Shown: in pieces, positions 30,812 to 41,214 of the stretch
Position numbering within the stretch: position 1 is the stretch's first letter
Layout: each line of letters begins with the position of its first letter
The notes under the pieces: generated by a model
Told to the model about the DNA's origin: nothing
What the model saw: the letters and a program-made list of their open reading frames with translations, nothing else
The model's database searches: none
Origin: Vescimonas sp.
Lineage (GTDB): Bacteria > Bacillota > Clostridia > Oscillospirales > Oscillospiraceae
NCBI GenBank assembly: GCA_045637545.1
Contig: JAZTZR010000037.1
Location: 435-64,434, forward strand
Reading direction: 5' to 3'
DNA length: 64,000 nucleotides
Program-made: the position numbers and the translations under genes

Positions 30812-31669
30812 ATGGAGCTTCTGATCATCACCGGTATGAGTGGCAGCGGCAAAAGCCGCGCAGCCTCCATTTTGGAGGATATCGGATTTTACATTGTGGA
30901 TAATCTCCCTGCGGAGATGATGGTGAAGTTTGCCGACTTCTGTGCCGCATCCCGTGACCACTATAAGCGTGTGGCACTGGTGTACGATGTGCGTGCCGGC
31001 GAGCCTTTCGATCTGCTGCTTGGAACATTGGAGCGCATCAAGGCAAACGATATCAACTGCCGTATGCTGTTCCTCGATACCGATACATCCACCATTATTA
31101 ACCGCTATAAGGAGACGCGCCGCAGCCATCCACTGTCGGTCGGTGAGCGCAGCATTCAGGAGGCGGCAGAGCTGGGGCGCAGTATGTTGCAGATAGTGCG
31201 CGACCATGCAGACATTGTGCTGGACACTTCGGCTCTCTCTGTGGGCAAGCTCCGCAGCGAGCTGCTGTCCCTGTTTGGCAGCGAGCGAGATCGCCGCGGC
31301 ATCCATGTGGATGTGATGTCCTTTGGATATAAACACGGCCTGCCCATGGAAGCAGACCTGGTCTTTGATGTGCGCTTTCTGCCCAACCCCTATTATGTTC
31401 CGGAGCTGAAGCGCCGGACAGGCCTTGAACAGAGCGTGCGGGACTATGTTTTCAACAGCGAGCAGACCCATGAGTTCCTGCGCCAGCTGGAGACCATGCT
31501 GAAGTTCCTGCTGCCCCAATACAGCGCAGAGGGTAAGTCTGTGCTGGTGGTGGGTATTGGCTGCACCGGAGGCCACCATCGCAGTGTGGCCATCACCCAT
31601 GAACTGGCTGTGCATCTGCGCAGCGCCGGATTTGATGTGACTGAGAGTCACCGTGACATCTCCCGATAA
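30812..31669 (+). CDS. rapZ: RNase adapter RapZ/YvcJ P-loop protein
   Basis: TGMSGSGKS, VDNLP, SFGYKHG, DVRFLPNPY, GCTGGHHRSV. Confidence 0.95.
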   Translation: MELLIITGMSGSGKSRAASILEDIGFYIVDNLPAEMMVKFADFCAASRDHYKRVALVYDVRAGEPFDLLLGTLERIKANDINCRMLFLDTDTSTIINRYKETRRSHPLSVGERSIQEAAELGRSMLQIVRDHADIVLDTSALSVGKLRSELLSLFGSERDRRGIHVDVMSFGYKHGLPMEADLVFDVRFLPNPYYVPELKRRTGLEQSVRDYVFNSEQTHEFLRQLETMLKFLLPQYSAEGKSVLVVGIGCTGGHHRSVAITHELAVHLRSAGFDVTESHRDISR

Positions 31670-31682
31670 GAAAGGAAGAGCC

Positions 31683-32588
31683 ATGCAATCGTTTTCCCTG
31701 AGAGCCAAATCAGAGCTGTGCCGTATTCCGGTGCAGCGCCTTTGCTGCAGTCGTGCCGAGAGCTACGGTGTGCTGCTCTATTGCAATACTTTTACCACCC
31801 GTGAGGTGCGTATTATTACGGAAAATCCCGAGTTTGCCGCCCGCTTGCCACGCCTGTTTCATAAGGCGTTCGGTATCCGCTTTGACCGCGTACCGGAGGA
31901 TACCGGTGGAGGCAAACTGATTTTTCAGATTACCGATGAGGACAAGCTTCGGCGCATTCTCGATACGCTGGGCTACGATGTGACCAAGGCACTGGCCCTC
32001 CATGTAAACTTTGCCATGCTAGAGGATGACTGCTGCCGCGCTGCATTCCTGCGTGGTGCGTTCTTGGCCGGTGGCAGCGTTACCGACCCGGAAAAGCGCT
32101 ACCATCTGGAACTTTCCACATCCCATGTCCAGGCCAGCCGTGAAGTTTCCACCATTCTCGAGGAGATGGGCTTCCTGCCCCGTGCCGTCATGCGCGGTGC
32201 CAATGCGGTTATCTATTTCAAACAATCCGAGCATATTGAGGACATTCTGACCACTATCGGTTCTCCTGCCTCCGCCACGGAGATCATGGCTGCCAAGGTG
32301 GATAAGGAGATCCGCAACGATGCCAACCGCGCCACCAACTGCGATATTGCTAACCTCAACAAGACGCTGGACGCCGTTGCCCAGCAGACGGAGGCTATCG
32401 AGAAACTGGTGGAGCGGGGACAGCTGAAAATGCTGCCGGAAAAGCTACAGGAGACGGTGCAGCTGCGCCTTGCCAATCCTGAGATGTCCCTGGCCCAACT
32501 GGCCAATATGTTCGATCCCCCCATCAGCAAATCTTGTCTGAACCACAGAATGCGAAAAATTATGGAAGTTGCGAGGAATGTAAAATGA
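31683..32588 (+). CDS. whiA: DNA-binding protein WhiA
   Basis: AFLRGAFLAGGSVTDPEKRYHLE, NRATNCDIANL, ISKSCLNHR. Confidence 0.93.
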   Translation: MQSFSLRAKSELCRIPVQRLCCSRAESYGVLLYCNTFTTREVRIITENPEFAARLPRLFHKAFGIRFDRVPEDTGGGKLIFQITDEDKLRRILDTLGYDVTKALALHVNFAMLEDDCCRAAFLRGAFLAGGSVTDPEKRYHLELSTSHVQASREVSTILEEMGFLPRAVMRGANAVIYFKQSEHIEDILTTIGSPASATEIMAAKVDKEIRNDANRATNCDIANLNKTLDAVAQQTEAIEKLVERGQLKMLPEKLQETVQLRLANPEMSLAQLANMFDPPISKSCLNHRMRKIMEVARNVK

Positions 32589-33034
32589 CAAAACAGGAAC
32601 GCTGTGTATTTGCCCACGATTGCCACGCCTCGGGTCTTAACTGTGCCCAGAGCGTTGCAGCAGCTTTTTCTGATGTAACGGGCTTAACAAAAGAACAGAG
32701 TATCGCCTTGTGCAGCGGCTTTGGCGGCGGCATGCGCTACGGCGGCGTCTGCGGTGTGGTCAGTGCCGCCGTCCTGGTGCTGGGTGCTGCGTTCCCTGCC
32801 ACCGCAGAGGACGGTGCAGAAGGGAAGAAGCGCGCCGGTGCCATCACCATGGAGTATGAGCGCCGTTTTTCCGATCGTTTCGGCAATCTTGACTGCCGCG
32901 CCCTGAAGGCAAATCCCGTCGGGGAGGGTACCGACATGGCAAAGGAACTCCATGCCACCAACCACTGCCGTATGCTGGTGGTTTCCGGAACGGAACTGCT
33001 GCACGAATTCCTCGAAGAACTCAAGGAGAAATAA
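32585..33034 (+). CDS. C_GCAxxG_C_C family putative redox protein
   Basis: NCAQSV, GFGGGM..GGVCGVV, GNLDCRAL, final C. Confidence 0.8.
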   Translation: MTKQERCVFAHDCHASGLNCAQSVAAAFSDVTGLTKEQSIALCSGFGGGMRYGGVCGVVSAAVLVLGAAFPATAEDGAEGKKRAGAITMEYERRFSDRFGNLDCRALKANPVGEGTDMAKELHATNHCRMLVVSGTELLHEFLEELKEK

Positions 33035-33035
33035 T

Positions 33036-36000
33036 ATGTCCTTCGTCCACCTCCATGTCCATAGCGAATACAGTCTCTTAGACGGTGCTTGCCGCATCCG
33101 CGACCTACCCAAGCTGGTCCGCGAGATGGGGCAGAGTGCTTGCGCCATTACCGATCACGGTGCCATGTACGGCGTGATCGATTTTTATCGCGCCTGTAAA
33201 GCGGAGGGCATTAAACCAATCATTGGCTGTGAGGTGTATGTGGCGCGCCGTACCCGCTTTGACAAGCAGCATGAGTTCGATACCGAATCCCGCCATCTGG
33301 TGCTGCTGTGCCAGAACGAGACGGGTTACCGCAACCTATCCTATATGGTGTCTCAGGCCTATGTGGAGGGCTTTTATGTCCGTCCCCGCATCGACCTCGA
33401 CTTGCTCCGTCAGCATAGCGAGGGTCTGATTGGTCTCTCGGCCTGCTTGGCAGGTGAGATCCCCAAGCGCATCTTAAACGGCGACTATGACGGCGCCAAG
33501 AGCTATGCTCTGGAGATGCAGGAGATCTTGGGTGAGGGGAATTTCTATCTGGAACTGCAGGATCACGGCATCGCCGAGCAGACTATGGTAAACCGCGCCC
33601 TGCTGCGTCTGCACAACGAGACGGGTATCCCTTTGGTGTGTACCAACGATGCCCATTATCTCCGCGAATCCGATGCCGAGAGCCACGATGTTCTGTTGTG
33701 TATCCAGACGGGCAAGACGGTGGATGATGAAAACCGTATGCGCTACGAGCCCCGTAAGTTCTATCTCCGCTCTACTGAGGAGATGGCGGCACTGTTCTCC
33801 GGCTATCCCGAGGCTATGGAGAACACGGTGCGTATCGCTGAGCGATGCAATCTGGAGTTCACCTTCGGCAAGTATCACCTGCCTGAGTTCCCGTTGCCTC
33901 CCGGTTTCGATTCGCCCACTTATCTGCGAAAGCTCTGCGACGAAGGCTTTGCCAATCGATACGGTGCAGAAAAAGAGGAATATCGCACCCAGCTCAGCTA
34001 TGAGATCGATATGATCGAGAAGATGGGCTTTACCGACTATTTTCTCATCGTTTCCGACTTCGTGCGCTATGCCAAACGGCAGGGCATCCCTGTCGGCCCC
34101 GGCCGTGGCAGCGCTGCCGGCTCCATGGTGGCCTATTGCCTTGATATTACCGATGTAGACCCCATGGCCTACAACCTCTATTTTGAGCGTTTCCTCAACC
34201 CTGAGCGTGTGTCCATGCCCGATATCGATATGGACTTTGGCGATACCCGCCGCGGCGAGGTGGTGGACTATGTCCGTAAAAAGTACGGCGATGACCGCGT
34301 AGCACAGATCGTCACTTTCGGTACCATGGCCGCCCGCGGTGCCATCCGCGATGTGGGCCGTGCCCTCAATATGACCTATGCTGAGGTGGATGTGGTGGCC
34401 AAGCTGGTGCCCACAACCCTCCATATTACACTGGATGATGCTTTGAAGGTGAGCCACCAGCTCTCCGACCTCTACGAGAGCGACGAGCGCATTGCCAAGC
34501 TCATCGACACGGCCCGCGCTTTGGAGGGTATGCCTCGTCATGCCTCCACCCACGCTGCCGGTGTGGTGATCACCAAGCGCCCTGTGCATGAGTATGTGCC
34601 CCTGGCCCGCAACGATGAGGCCATTGTCTGCCAGTTCAACATGATCACGCTGGAGGAACTGGGCCTTTTGAAGATGGACTTTCTGGGATTGCGCAACCTG
34701 ACGGTGCTGGACGATGCGGTGAAGATGGTGCGTAAACATACCCCGAATTTCCGCCTTGAGGATATTCCCGACCACGATGATGCGGTTTTTGAGATGCTGA
34801 CGGCGGGTAAGACCTCCGGTGTGTTCCAGATGGAGTCCACCGGTATGACCGGCGTGTGCCTTGGACTCAAGCCCCATTCTATTGAGGATATTACAGCTAT
34901 TATTGCTCTGTATCGACCCGGTCCCATGGAGTCGATCCCGCGCTTTATCGCCTGTAAGCACGATCCCAAGCTCATTACCTACAAGCACCCCTCTCTGGAG
35001 CCCATCCTGTCGGTGACTTACGGCTGTATCGTCTATCAGGAGCAGGTCATCAAGATCTTCCAGCAATTGGGCGGATTCTCCCTCGGTCAGGCGGATATGG
35101 TGCGCCGCGCCATCTCTAAAAAGAAGGCCAAGGAGATTGAGAAAGAACGCAACGCCTTCGTCTATGGTGATGAAAGCCGCGGTATCTGTGGATGTATCCA
35201 AAACGGTATCCCCGAGGCTACAGCCCAGGCCATCTATGACGAGATCTATGATTTTGCCAACTACGCCTTTAACAAGGCTCACGCCGTCAGTTATGCTATC
35301 GTTGCCTACCAGACTGCGTGGTTTAAGTGCCACTATGTAAAGGAGTATATGGCGGCACTGCTGACCTCTGTGCTGGACAATACCGACAAGGTGGCCGAGT
35401 ATATCGCCGAGTGTAAAGAGTGTCGTATCCCGTTGCTGCTGCCGGATGTGAACCACTCTTTTGACGGATTTACCGTGGAAGAGGGCGGCATCCGTTTCGG
35501 TCTTGTGGCCATCAAGAACATCGGCCGCGGCTTCATTCAGGCAGTTGTTCGTGAGCGCGAGAGCGGTGGTTTGTTTACTTCGTTCCAGGACTTCTGCTCC
35601 CGTATGCTCTCCTGCAGCGACATGAATAAGCGCGCTGTGGAGAACCTTATCAAAGCCGGTGCTTTTGACTCTCTCGGAGCCCATCGCTCCCAGTTGATGA
35701 GGGTTTACGAGAAAGTTTTGGATTCTCTCATTGCCCGCCGCCGCACCAATGTGGAGGGGCAGTTGGATTTCTTCGGTATGGCTTCTGCCACTGTCTCAAT
35801 GCCTGCGGGTGAAATCGATCTGCCTGAAGTGCCGGAATATACGGCCACGGAGCGGATGTTTATGGAGAAGGAGACCACCGGCATTTATCTCAGCGGTCAT
35901 CCCATGAGTGACTATCGTGCTGCCGCGCGACAGGCCGGTGCCGTGTCCATCCATGACATTATGACCGATTTTGCCGCCGAGGAAGGCCCTGAGCGCTTTT

Positions 36001-36515
36001 CCGACGGACAGCAGATCACGCTGGCCGGTGTGGTGGTGTCTGCCAAGACCCGCACTACCAAGAACAATACCCTCATGGCCTATGTGGTGGTGGAAGATGA
36101 ACTGTCCTCTATTGAACTGCTCTGTTTCAGCCGTACCATCGATCAGTGCGGCAGCTATATGGCAGTCAATACGCCCGTGGTGGTGAAGGGACGGCTCTCC
36201 GTCCGCGACGAAAAACCGCCACAGGTTATGTGCGACAGTATTTATCCGCTGCAGACGGATGTAACGATTCCGCAGGTTGCAGAGCCTGCCGATGACGGCG
36301 CGGTGATTTATCTCCGTGTCCCCAGTCTCGATAGCCGCGAGTTCCGTCAGATCAAGCGTGTTATGACTATGTTCGAGGGTGAGACCCCTGTGAAGATCCG
36401 CTTGGCAGATACGGGTAAGCTGGTGGGCAGCAAATGTCTCAATCACCCAGCCTTCTTGGATGAATGCCGTCTGTGGCTGGGGCCCGAAAATGTGGTTGTA
36501 AAGAAGAAATCGTAA
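33036..36515 (+). CDS. dnaE: DNA polymerase III alpha subunit
   Basis: HLHVHSEYSLLDG PHP domain, GPGRGSAAGS, SMPDIDMDF, KMDFLGL, YAFNKAH. Confidence 0.97.
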   Translation: MSFVHLHVHSEYSLLDGACRIRDLPKLVREMGQSACAITDHGAMYGVIDFYRACKAEGIKPIIGCEVYVARRTRFDKQHEFDTESRHLVLLCQNETGYRNLSYMVSQAYVEGFYVRPRIDLDLLRQHSEGLIGLSACLAGEIPKRILNGDYDGAKSYALEMQEILGEGNFYLELQDHGIAEQTMVNRALLRLHNETGIPLVCTNDAHYLRESDAESHDVLLCIQTGKTVDDENRMRYEPRKFYLRSTEEMAALFSGYPEAMENTVRIAERCNLEFTFGKYHLPEFPLPPGFDSPTYLRKLCDEGFANRYGAEKEEYRTQLSYEIDMIEKMGFTDYFLIVSDFVRYAKRQGIPVGPGRGSAAGSMVAYCLDITDVDPMAYNLYFERFLNPERVSMPDIDMDFGDTRRGEVVDYVRKKYGDDRVAQIVTFGTMAARGAIRDVGRALNMTYAEVDVVAKLVPTTLHITLDDALKVSHQLSDLYESDERIAKLIDTARALEGMPRHASTHAAGVVITKRPVHEYVPLARNDEAIVCQFNMITLEELGLLKMDFLGLRNLTVLDDAVKMVRKHTPNFRLEDIPDHDDAVFEMLTAGKTSGVFQMESTGMTGVCLGLKPHSIEDITAIIALYRPGPMESIPRFIACKHDPKLITYKHPSLEPILSVTYGCIVYQEQVIKIFQQLGGFSLGQADMVRRAISKKKAKEIEKERNAFVYGDESRGICGCIQNGIPEATAQAIYDEIYDFANYAFNKAHAVSYAIVAYQTAWFKCHYVKEYMAALLTSVLDNTDKVAEYIAECKECRIPLLLPDVNHSFDGFTVEEGGIRFGLVAIKNIGRGFIQAVVRERESGGLFTSFQDFCSRMLSCSDMNKRAVENLIKAGAFDSLGAHRSQLMRVYEKVLDSLIARRRTNVEGQLDFFGMASATVSMPAGEIDLPEVPEYTATERMFMEKETTGIYLSGHPMSDYRAAARQAGAVSIHDIMTDFAAEEGPERFSDGQQITLAGVVVSAKTRTTKNNTLMAYVVVEDELSSIELLCFSRTIDQCGSYMAVNTPVVVKGRLSVRDEKPPQVMCDSIYPLQTDVTIPQVAEPADDGAVIYLRVPSLDSREFRQIKRVMTMFEGETPVKIRLADTGKLVGSKCLNHPAFLDECRLWLGPENVVVKKKS

Positions 36516-36535
36516 CGGAAAGGAACGCAAACACC

Positions 36536-37057
36536 ATGTCTATGGGTTTTATTCGAGAAAGTTTGGAACTTAAGTGTCTTATTTTATATGTGGCTGCCCG
36601 CGTCCCCGAGCCGTTGTCGCTGACGGAACTGCAGGGCTTGACCATGATCGATGACGGCATCGATTATTTCAGCTTTGCCCAGTGTCTTAACGAATTGGTG
36701 CAGACGGAACATCTCACGGTAGATACCGATGAGCGCTATCTCATCACCGCCAAGGGCGTGAAAAACAGTATGATTACCGCTGACTCCCTGCCCCAGTCCG
36801 TGCGCAACAAGGCACGGATGGTGGTTGAGGACTTCAACCGCGAACTGCTGCGCCGTGCACAGGTTGCCGCCCGTGTAGAGCACCGCGATAATGATACCTT
36901 CACGGTGGTGCTGCATCTGAGCGATGATGTAGACGATCTGATGGATCTGCGGCTGCTGGCAGCCTCCGAAGAGCAGGCAAAAGCATTGGCAGAACGCTTC
37001 CGTGAGAATCCGGAAACGCTCTACCAAAAAGTTGTCAAAGCACTGTTTGAGAGCTGA
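36536..37057 (+). CDS. DUF4364-family winged-helix protein
   Basis: KCLILY...IDYFSFAQCLNEL...YLITAKG pattern. Confidence 0.7.
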   Translation: MSMGFIRESLELKCLILYVAARVPEPLSLTELQGLTMIDDGIDYFSFAQCLNELVQTEHLTVDTDERYLITAKGVKNSMITADSLPQSVRNKARMVVEDFNRELLRRAQVAARVEHRDNDTFTVVLHLSDDVDDLMDLRLLAASEEQAKALAERFRENPETLYQKVVKALFES

Positions 37058-37073
37058 ATATACAATATATGAG

Positions 37074-37106
37074 AAAAGAGAAACGGCTTGGCCGTTTCTC
37101 TTTTTT
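37074..37106 (+). terminator. Intrinsic terminator
   Basis: aaaagagaaacggc-ttg-gccgtttctctttttt. Confidence 0.85.
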
Positions 37107-37135
37107 GCATATACGGGGACGAGCCATCATAGAGT
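37107..37135 (+). promoter_or_regulatory. Putative SigE promoter of the spoIIIA operon
   Basis: GCATAT-~16 bp-CATAGAGT; spoIIIA is SigE-dependent in Bacillus and Clostridium. Confidence 0.55.
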
Positions 37136-37164
37136 TGTGTATCAACAAAAGTGGGGGAGAGCAC

Positions 37165-38082
37165 ATGAAAGACCGGATCGCCCGATATGAACAGGCAGCG
37201 GCACTGCTGCCGCCTAAATGGCAGCGTTTGGCACTGCACCTGCCGGATCATCAAAAGGAGAGAGCAGAGGAACTGCGTCTGCGGGTAGGGCAGAGTATGA
37301 CGGTACTGCTGCCGGAGGGGGAGGTGTGGCCCTCTCAAGAACAGCTCCGTCCTGTGGTCATGCAGGCAGATTTAGAGCAGCTTTGTGACATTGTCAGCGG
37401 TTATTCCCGTTATGCCAGTTCTGAAACACTGGCACAGGGCTATCTCACCGCGCCCGGTGGTTTCCGTGTGGGTTTTTGCGGTACGGCGGTATTGCGGGAG
37501 GGCCAGCGGCGGAATCTGCGTGACTTCACCTCTGCCTGTATCCGTATCGGGCGGGAACAGCAAGGTCTGGCGCTTCCACTGCTTCCGCGGCTGATGGAGG
37601 GAGATCGGATTTGCAGCACATTGATTCTCTCACCGCCGGGATTGGGAAAAACCACACTGCTCCGGGATATGGTGCGGTGCTTTTCCGACGGAACAGAGAA
37701 AATCCTGCCATACCGTGTGGCGGTGGTGGATGAGCGAGGAGAAATTGCGGGCGTTTGTCGCGGTGCACCGCAGCTGGCGATTGGCTGCCATACGGATGTG
37801 TTGGATGGCTGTCCGAAAGCTGCGGGCATTCTGATGTTGCTGAGAGCACTAAATCCGCAGATCATTGCTGTAGATGAGATCACAGCACGAGAGGACATTA
37901 CCGCCATCGTCAGTGCTGCCCACTGCGGTGTGACGCTGTTATCTACGATTCATGCTGTATCGGTTGAGGAACTGAGAGAAAAGCCACTTTATAAACATTT
38001 GTTGCGCAGTTGCGTATTTTCTCGTGCTGTAGTGATTGGAAGAGAAGGCGCGAAGCGCACATACGAGGTGAAAAGACTGTGA
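37165..38082 (+). CDS. spoIIIAA: Stage III sporulation protein AA (ATPase)
   Basis: EELRLR, SPPGLGKTTLLRD, VDERGEIA, AVDEI. Confidence 0.93.
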   Translation: MKDRIARYEQAAALLPPKWQRLALHLPDHQKERAEELRLRVGQSMTVLLPEGEVWPSQEQLRPVVMQADLEQLCDIVSGYSRYASSETLAQGYLTAPGGFRVGFCGTAVLREGQRRNLRDFTSACIRIGREQQGLALPLLPRLMEGDRICSTLILSPPGLGKTTLLRDMVRCFSDGTEKILPYRVAVVDERGEIAGVCRGAPQLAIGCHTDVLDGCPKAAGILMLLRALNPQIIAVDEITAREDITAIVSAAHCGVTLLSTIHAVSVEELREKPLYKHLLRSCVFSRAVVIGREGAKRTYEVKRL

Positions 38083-38558
38083 CCTTGAAATTGATTGGCG
38101 CGGCCTGTGTAGCATTGGCCGCAGGCGGTACACTGCGCACCATCTTTATCCAGCGGCGGCGAGAGGAACGCTTGCTGCAGCACATGGCGTCGGCACTGGA
38201 TACTATGGCGCGGGAGATTCGATGGAAACATTCCCGTATTCCGGACATCCTTGCGTTGCTGGAAAGGGATGTGATTGTGGGAATATATTTTAAGAATATC
38301 AAGGCAAAGATGGACAGGAAAATCCCTTTACAGTTTGCTTGGAATACTGTGTTTTCTGCATTTCCTCTGGTAGAAGAAGTGCTGCTGAATATCGACTTGA
38401 ATGGTGATGAGACGCAGATGGAGAAATCCCTTGCACAAGGAGCTGTATCGCTGCGGCAACTGCTGGAAGAGCGAAAAAGACAGCGCCCTGAGCAGACGAA
38501 GCTGTGTACTGCGGCGGCGCTGTCCATAGCGGGCGGTTTGATTTTACTCTTATTATGA
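38079..38558 (+). CDS. spoIIIAB: Stage III sporulation protein AB
   Basis: GTG start overlapping the AA stop; LKLIGA N-terminus; C-terminal TM; position in operon. Confidence 0.8.
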   Translation: MTLKLIGAACVALAAGGTLRTIFIQRRREERLLQHMASALDTMAREIRWKHSRIPDILALLERDVIVGIYFKNIKAKMDRKIPLQFAWNTVFSAFPLVEEVLLNIDLNGDETQMEKSLAQGAVSLRQLLEERKRQRPEQTKLCTAAALSIAGGLILLLL

Positions 38559-38567
38559 GGAAAAGAC

Positions 38568-38762
38568 ATGGATGTAGATTTGATTTTCAAAATCGCCGCG
38601 ATCGGAATTTTGGTGGCGGTGCTGAATTTGATACTGGTGCGCTCGGGACGGGACGAGCAGGCACTGCTGACCACTTTGGCGGGGCTCGTGGTGGTGTTGG
38701 TAATGCTGCTGCAGGAGATCAGCGACCTGTTTGGCCTCATCAAGAGCCTGTTCTCCCTATGA
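38568..38762 (+). CDS. spoIIIAC: Stage III sporulation protein AC
   Basis: MDVDLIFKIAAIGILVAV...GRDEQA. Confidence 0.93.
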   Translation: MDVDLIFKIAAIGILVAVLNLILVRSGRDEQALLTTLAGLVVVLVMLLQEISDLFGLIKSLFSL

Positions 38763-39148
38763 CGGAAGCATTATGGAAAGCCGTGGCGCTGTGTCTGATC
38801 GGTGCTTTGTTGGCGGTGTTTTTAAAAAAGACGAACCCCGATGTGGCACTGGTGCTGGCGCTCTGTGTCTGTGTGGCAGTTCTGGCGGTCATCATCCGCG
38901 GGGTAGGGGAGATATGGTCATTTCTCACAGAGGTTCTGGAACGCGGTGGCCTCAGCATGGATTTGTTTACACCGCTGCTGAAGATGGTTGGGATTGCCCT
39001 CATTACCCGCACTGCGGGAGAACTATGCCGCGACGCAGGGCAGAGTGCGCTATCAGGAGTGGTGGAGACAGCAGGTGCCTTTGCTGCGATTTTGGTTTCG
39101 CTCCCTTTGTTTCGCGCTGCATGGACACTGTTGGAGGGATTGCTGTGA
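38759..39148 (+). CDS. spoIIIAD: Stage III sporulation protein AD
   Basis: LLKMVGIA...ELCRDAGQSA; ATGA overlap. Confidence 0.9.
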   Translation: MTEALWKAVALCLIGALLAVFLKKTNPDVALVLALCVCVAVLAVIIRGVGEIWSFLTEVLERGGLSMDLFTPLLKMVGIALITRTAGELCRDAGQSALSGVVETAGAFAAILVSLPLFRAAWTLLEGLL

Positions 39149-40236
39149 AATGGGTCATTACATTTGTTCTTTGCCTGTTTCTTGCATTTCTATGCCTTAC
39201 TGCGGCCTGGGGACAGATACCGGATGTGGTAGAGGACGCTCTTCCCGAGGCAGCGGAGGAACTGTTGGATGATTTGGGTGAACCATCACCCGACACAGGC
39301 ACGCTTCGGCGGGGATTGCGGCGAATGGGGGAAATGGCGTGGGAATTGCTGACACAGGATTTCCGATCCAGTCTCCGTGTGTCGATTCTGTTGTTGAGCG
39401 TTGTGCTGCTCCATGGGATGACAGAGGCGTTATTTGAGGCATCTTCGGGCGGGAAGATGGTTCATGCTGTGGGACTTGCCTTTGTGATCGTGGTGACCAT
39501 GACGACAGCCGGGGATATGCAGACGATGATTGGGACAGGCCTCCGCACCATGGAGGAATTGGATGTGCTGGCAAAAGCGCTGCTGCCCACATTGGCAGCG
39601 GCTGTCGCCGCAGGTGGAGCCATCGTTACCTCAGGGGTACAGCAGGTGGGGACGGTGTTTTTTGCCAACATTCTTCTGACACTGATCCGACAGATCCTGA
39701 TGCCGTTGGTGTACTGCTATATTGCCGCCGTGACGGCTAACGCTGTCTTGCCGCAGCAGGTGCTTAAGGGCTTGGCGCAGGCCGTGCGTAAGGGGATTAC
39801 ATGGCTTCTGACAGGGTTGCTGGTGATTTTTACGGGATATCTCTCTATCACAGGTACGGCGGCGACTTCGGCAGATAAGGTAACCCTACAGCTGACCCGC
39901 AGTGCCATCTCCACCGCTGTCCCCGTTGTCGGCGGCATTATATCCCGGGCAGCGGACAGCTTGCTGGCAGGAGCGGGACTGCTGAAAAATGCTCTTGGTG
40001 TGGTGGGTATGCTGGCGGTACTGGCCACCTGTTTGACGCCCTTTGTATCGATGGGAGTACAGTATCTCCTGTATAAGCTGACGGCCTTCTTGGCAGGGCT
40101 CTCCGGCGGGGGAAGGGTAGTGGAACTCATTGATGCCCTGGGCAGCGCCTTCGGCCTTGTGCTGGGCATGGTAGGTGCCTGTGCTGCACTGTTGCTCATA
40201 TCCATAACCTCTTCTGTATCGGTGGTGATCGCATGA
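39145..40236 (+). CDS. spoIIIAE: Stage III sporulation protein AE
   Basis: GTG start; AVPVVGG...LKNALG; polytopic membrane protein. Confidence 0.9.
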   Translation: MKWVITFVLCLFLAFLCLTAAWGQIPDVVEDALPEAAEELLDDLGEPSPDTGTLRRGLRRMGEMAWELLTQDFRSSLRVSILLLSVVLLHGMTEALFEASSGGKMVHAVGLAFVIVVTMTTAGDMQTMIGTGLRTMEELDVLAKALLPTLAAAVAAGGAIVTSGVQQVGTVFFANILLTLIRQILMPLVYCYIAAVTANAVLPQQVLKGLAQAVRKGITWLLTGLLVIFTGYLSITGTAATSADKVTLQLTRSAISTAVPVVGGIISRAADSLLAGAGLLKNALGVVGMLAVLATCLTPFVSMGVQYLLYKLTAFLAGLSGGGRVVELIDALGSAFGLVLGMVGACAALLLISITSSVSVVIA

Positions 40237-40712
40237 CCTTTTTCAGCAGTTGGCTTTTTGGTATTGTGGCGGCCTCTATAGCGTTGTCTCTTGTTTATGC
40301 CATGGTGCCCAAAGGGGCTATACTTTCCGCTGCCAAGTGTGCAGGGAGTCTGATATTGATTCTGGTGATGCTGCGACCGCTGCTTAATCTGCGGGCGGAG
40401 GAGTTTACCGTTTCCTATGAAAAATGGGAAGGGCAGCTTTCTGCACAGACAGAGGATTTAACAGAGGAAAACCTGCGGGAAATGGAAACGCTCATAGAGA
40501 GCGAAGTGCGTGCATATATATCGGAAAAAGGGGTGCAGCTTGGGTTGGCGGTACAGCCTGAGGTATACTGTGAGGTACGCGATGGTGTACCCTTTCCCGT
40601 GGAAGCACATCTCGACATCCCCTATCACGGGGCGTTATCCCGGTATATTTCAGAGGAGCTGGATATCGACCCGTCGAGACAGTATTGGCTGGAAACAGAG
40701 GAAGAAAAATGA
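40233..40712 (+). CDS. spoIIIAF: Stage III sporulation protein AF
   Basis: Two N-terminal TM helices; operon position. Confidence 0.75.
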   Translation: MTFFSSWLFGIVAASIALSLVYAMVPKGAILSAAKCAGSLILILVMLRPLLNLRAEEFTVSYEKWEGQLSAQTEDLTEENLREMETLIESEVRAYISEKGVQLGLAVQPEVYCEVRDGVPFPVEAHLDIPYHGALSRYISEELDIDPSRQYWLETEEEK

Positions 40713-41200
40713 AAAAAACTGCGATACAAGTGCTGAAAAAGTATAAGTTTGTGGTGCTGATTTTGCTGGTGGGGCTGGTGTTGATGCTGCTGCCAACCTC
40801 CGGAGGGAAAACAGAAGGTGGGAATGATGAACACAGCGAAGAATATTCACTATCCCGGACAGAGCAGCGCTTGGAGGCACTTTTGCGCAATATGCAGGGG
40901 GTGGGGCAAGTCAATGTAATGCTGACGCTGAAGAGCGGTTCCACACTGGAGCTGGCAAAGGACAGTTCCACCAGTGTGCGGGACAATGAAACAAGGCGGG
41001 AGAGTGATATCGTGACCGTGTCGCAGGGCAGCGGCAACGAAGAGGTGGTGGTGACACAGGAGCGGTACCCCATCTATCAAGGTGCCGTGGTGGTCTGCGA
41101 GGGTGGCGGCAACAGTGCCGTACGGCTGTCGGTCATTGAGGCAGTTTCCGTACTGACAGGTCTTGGAAGCGACAAAATAACGGTGGTGCAATGGAAATGA
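40709..41200 (+). CDS. spoIIIAG: Stage III sporulation protein AG
   Basis: GVGQVNVMLT, PIYQGAVVVCEGG, EAVSVLTGL. Confidence 0.9.
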   Translation: MKKTAIQVLKKYKFVVLILLVGLVLMLLPTSGGKTEGGNDEHSEEYSLSRTEQRLEALLRNMQGVGQVNVMLTLKSGSTLELAKDSSTSVRDNETRRESDIVTVSQGSGNEEVVVTQERYPIYQGAVVVCEGGGNSAVRLSVIEAVSVLTGLGSDKITVVQWK

Positions 41201-41214
41201 AGAAAGGGGAAACT

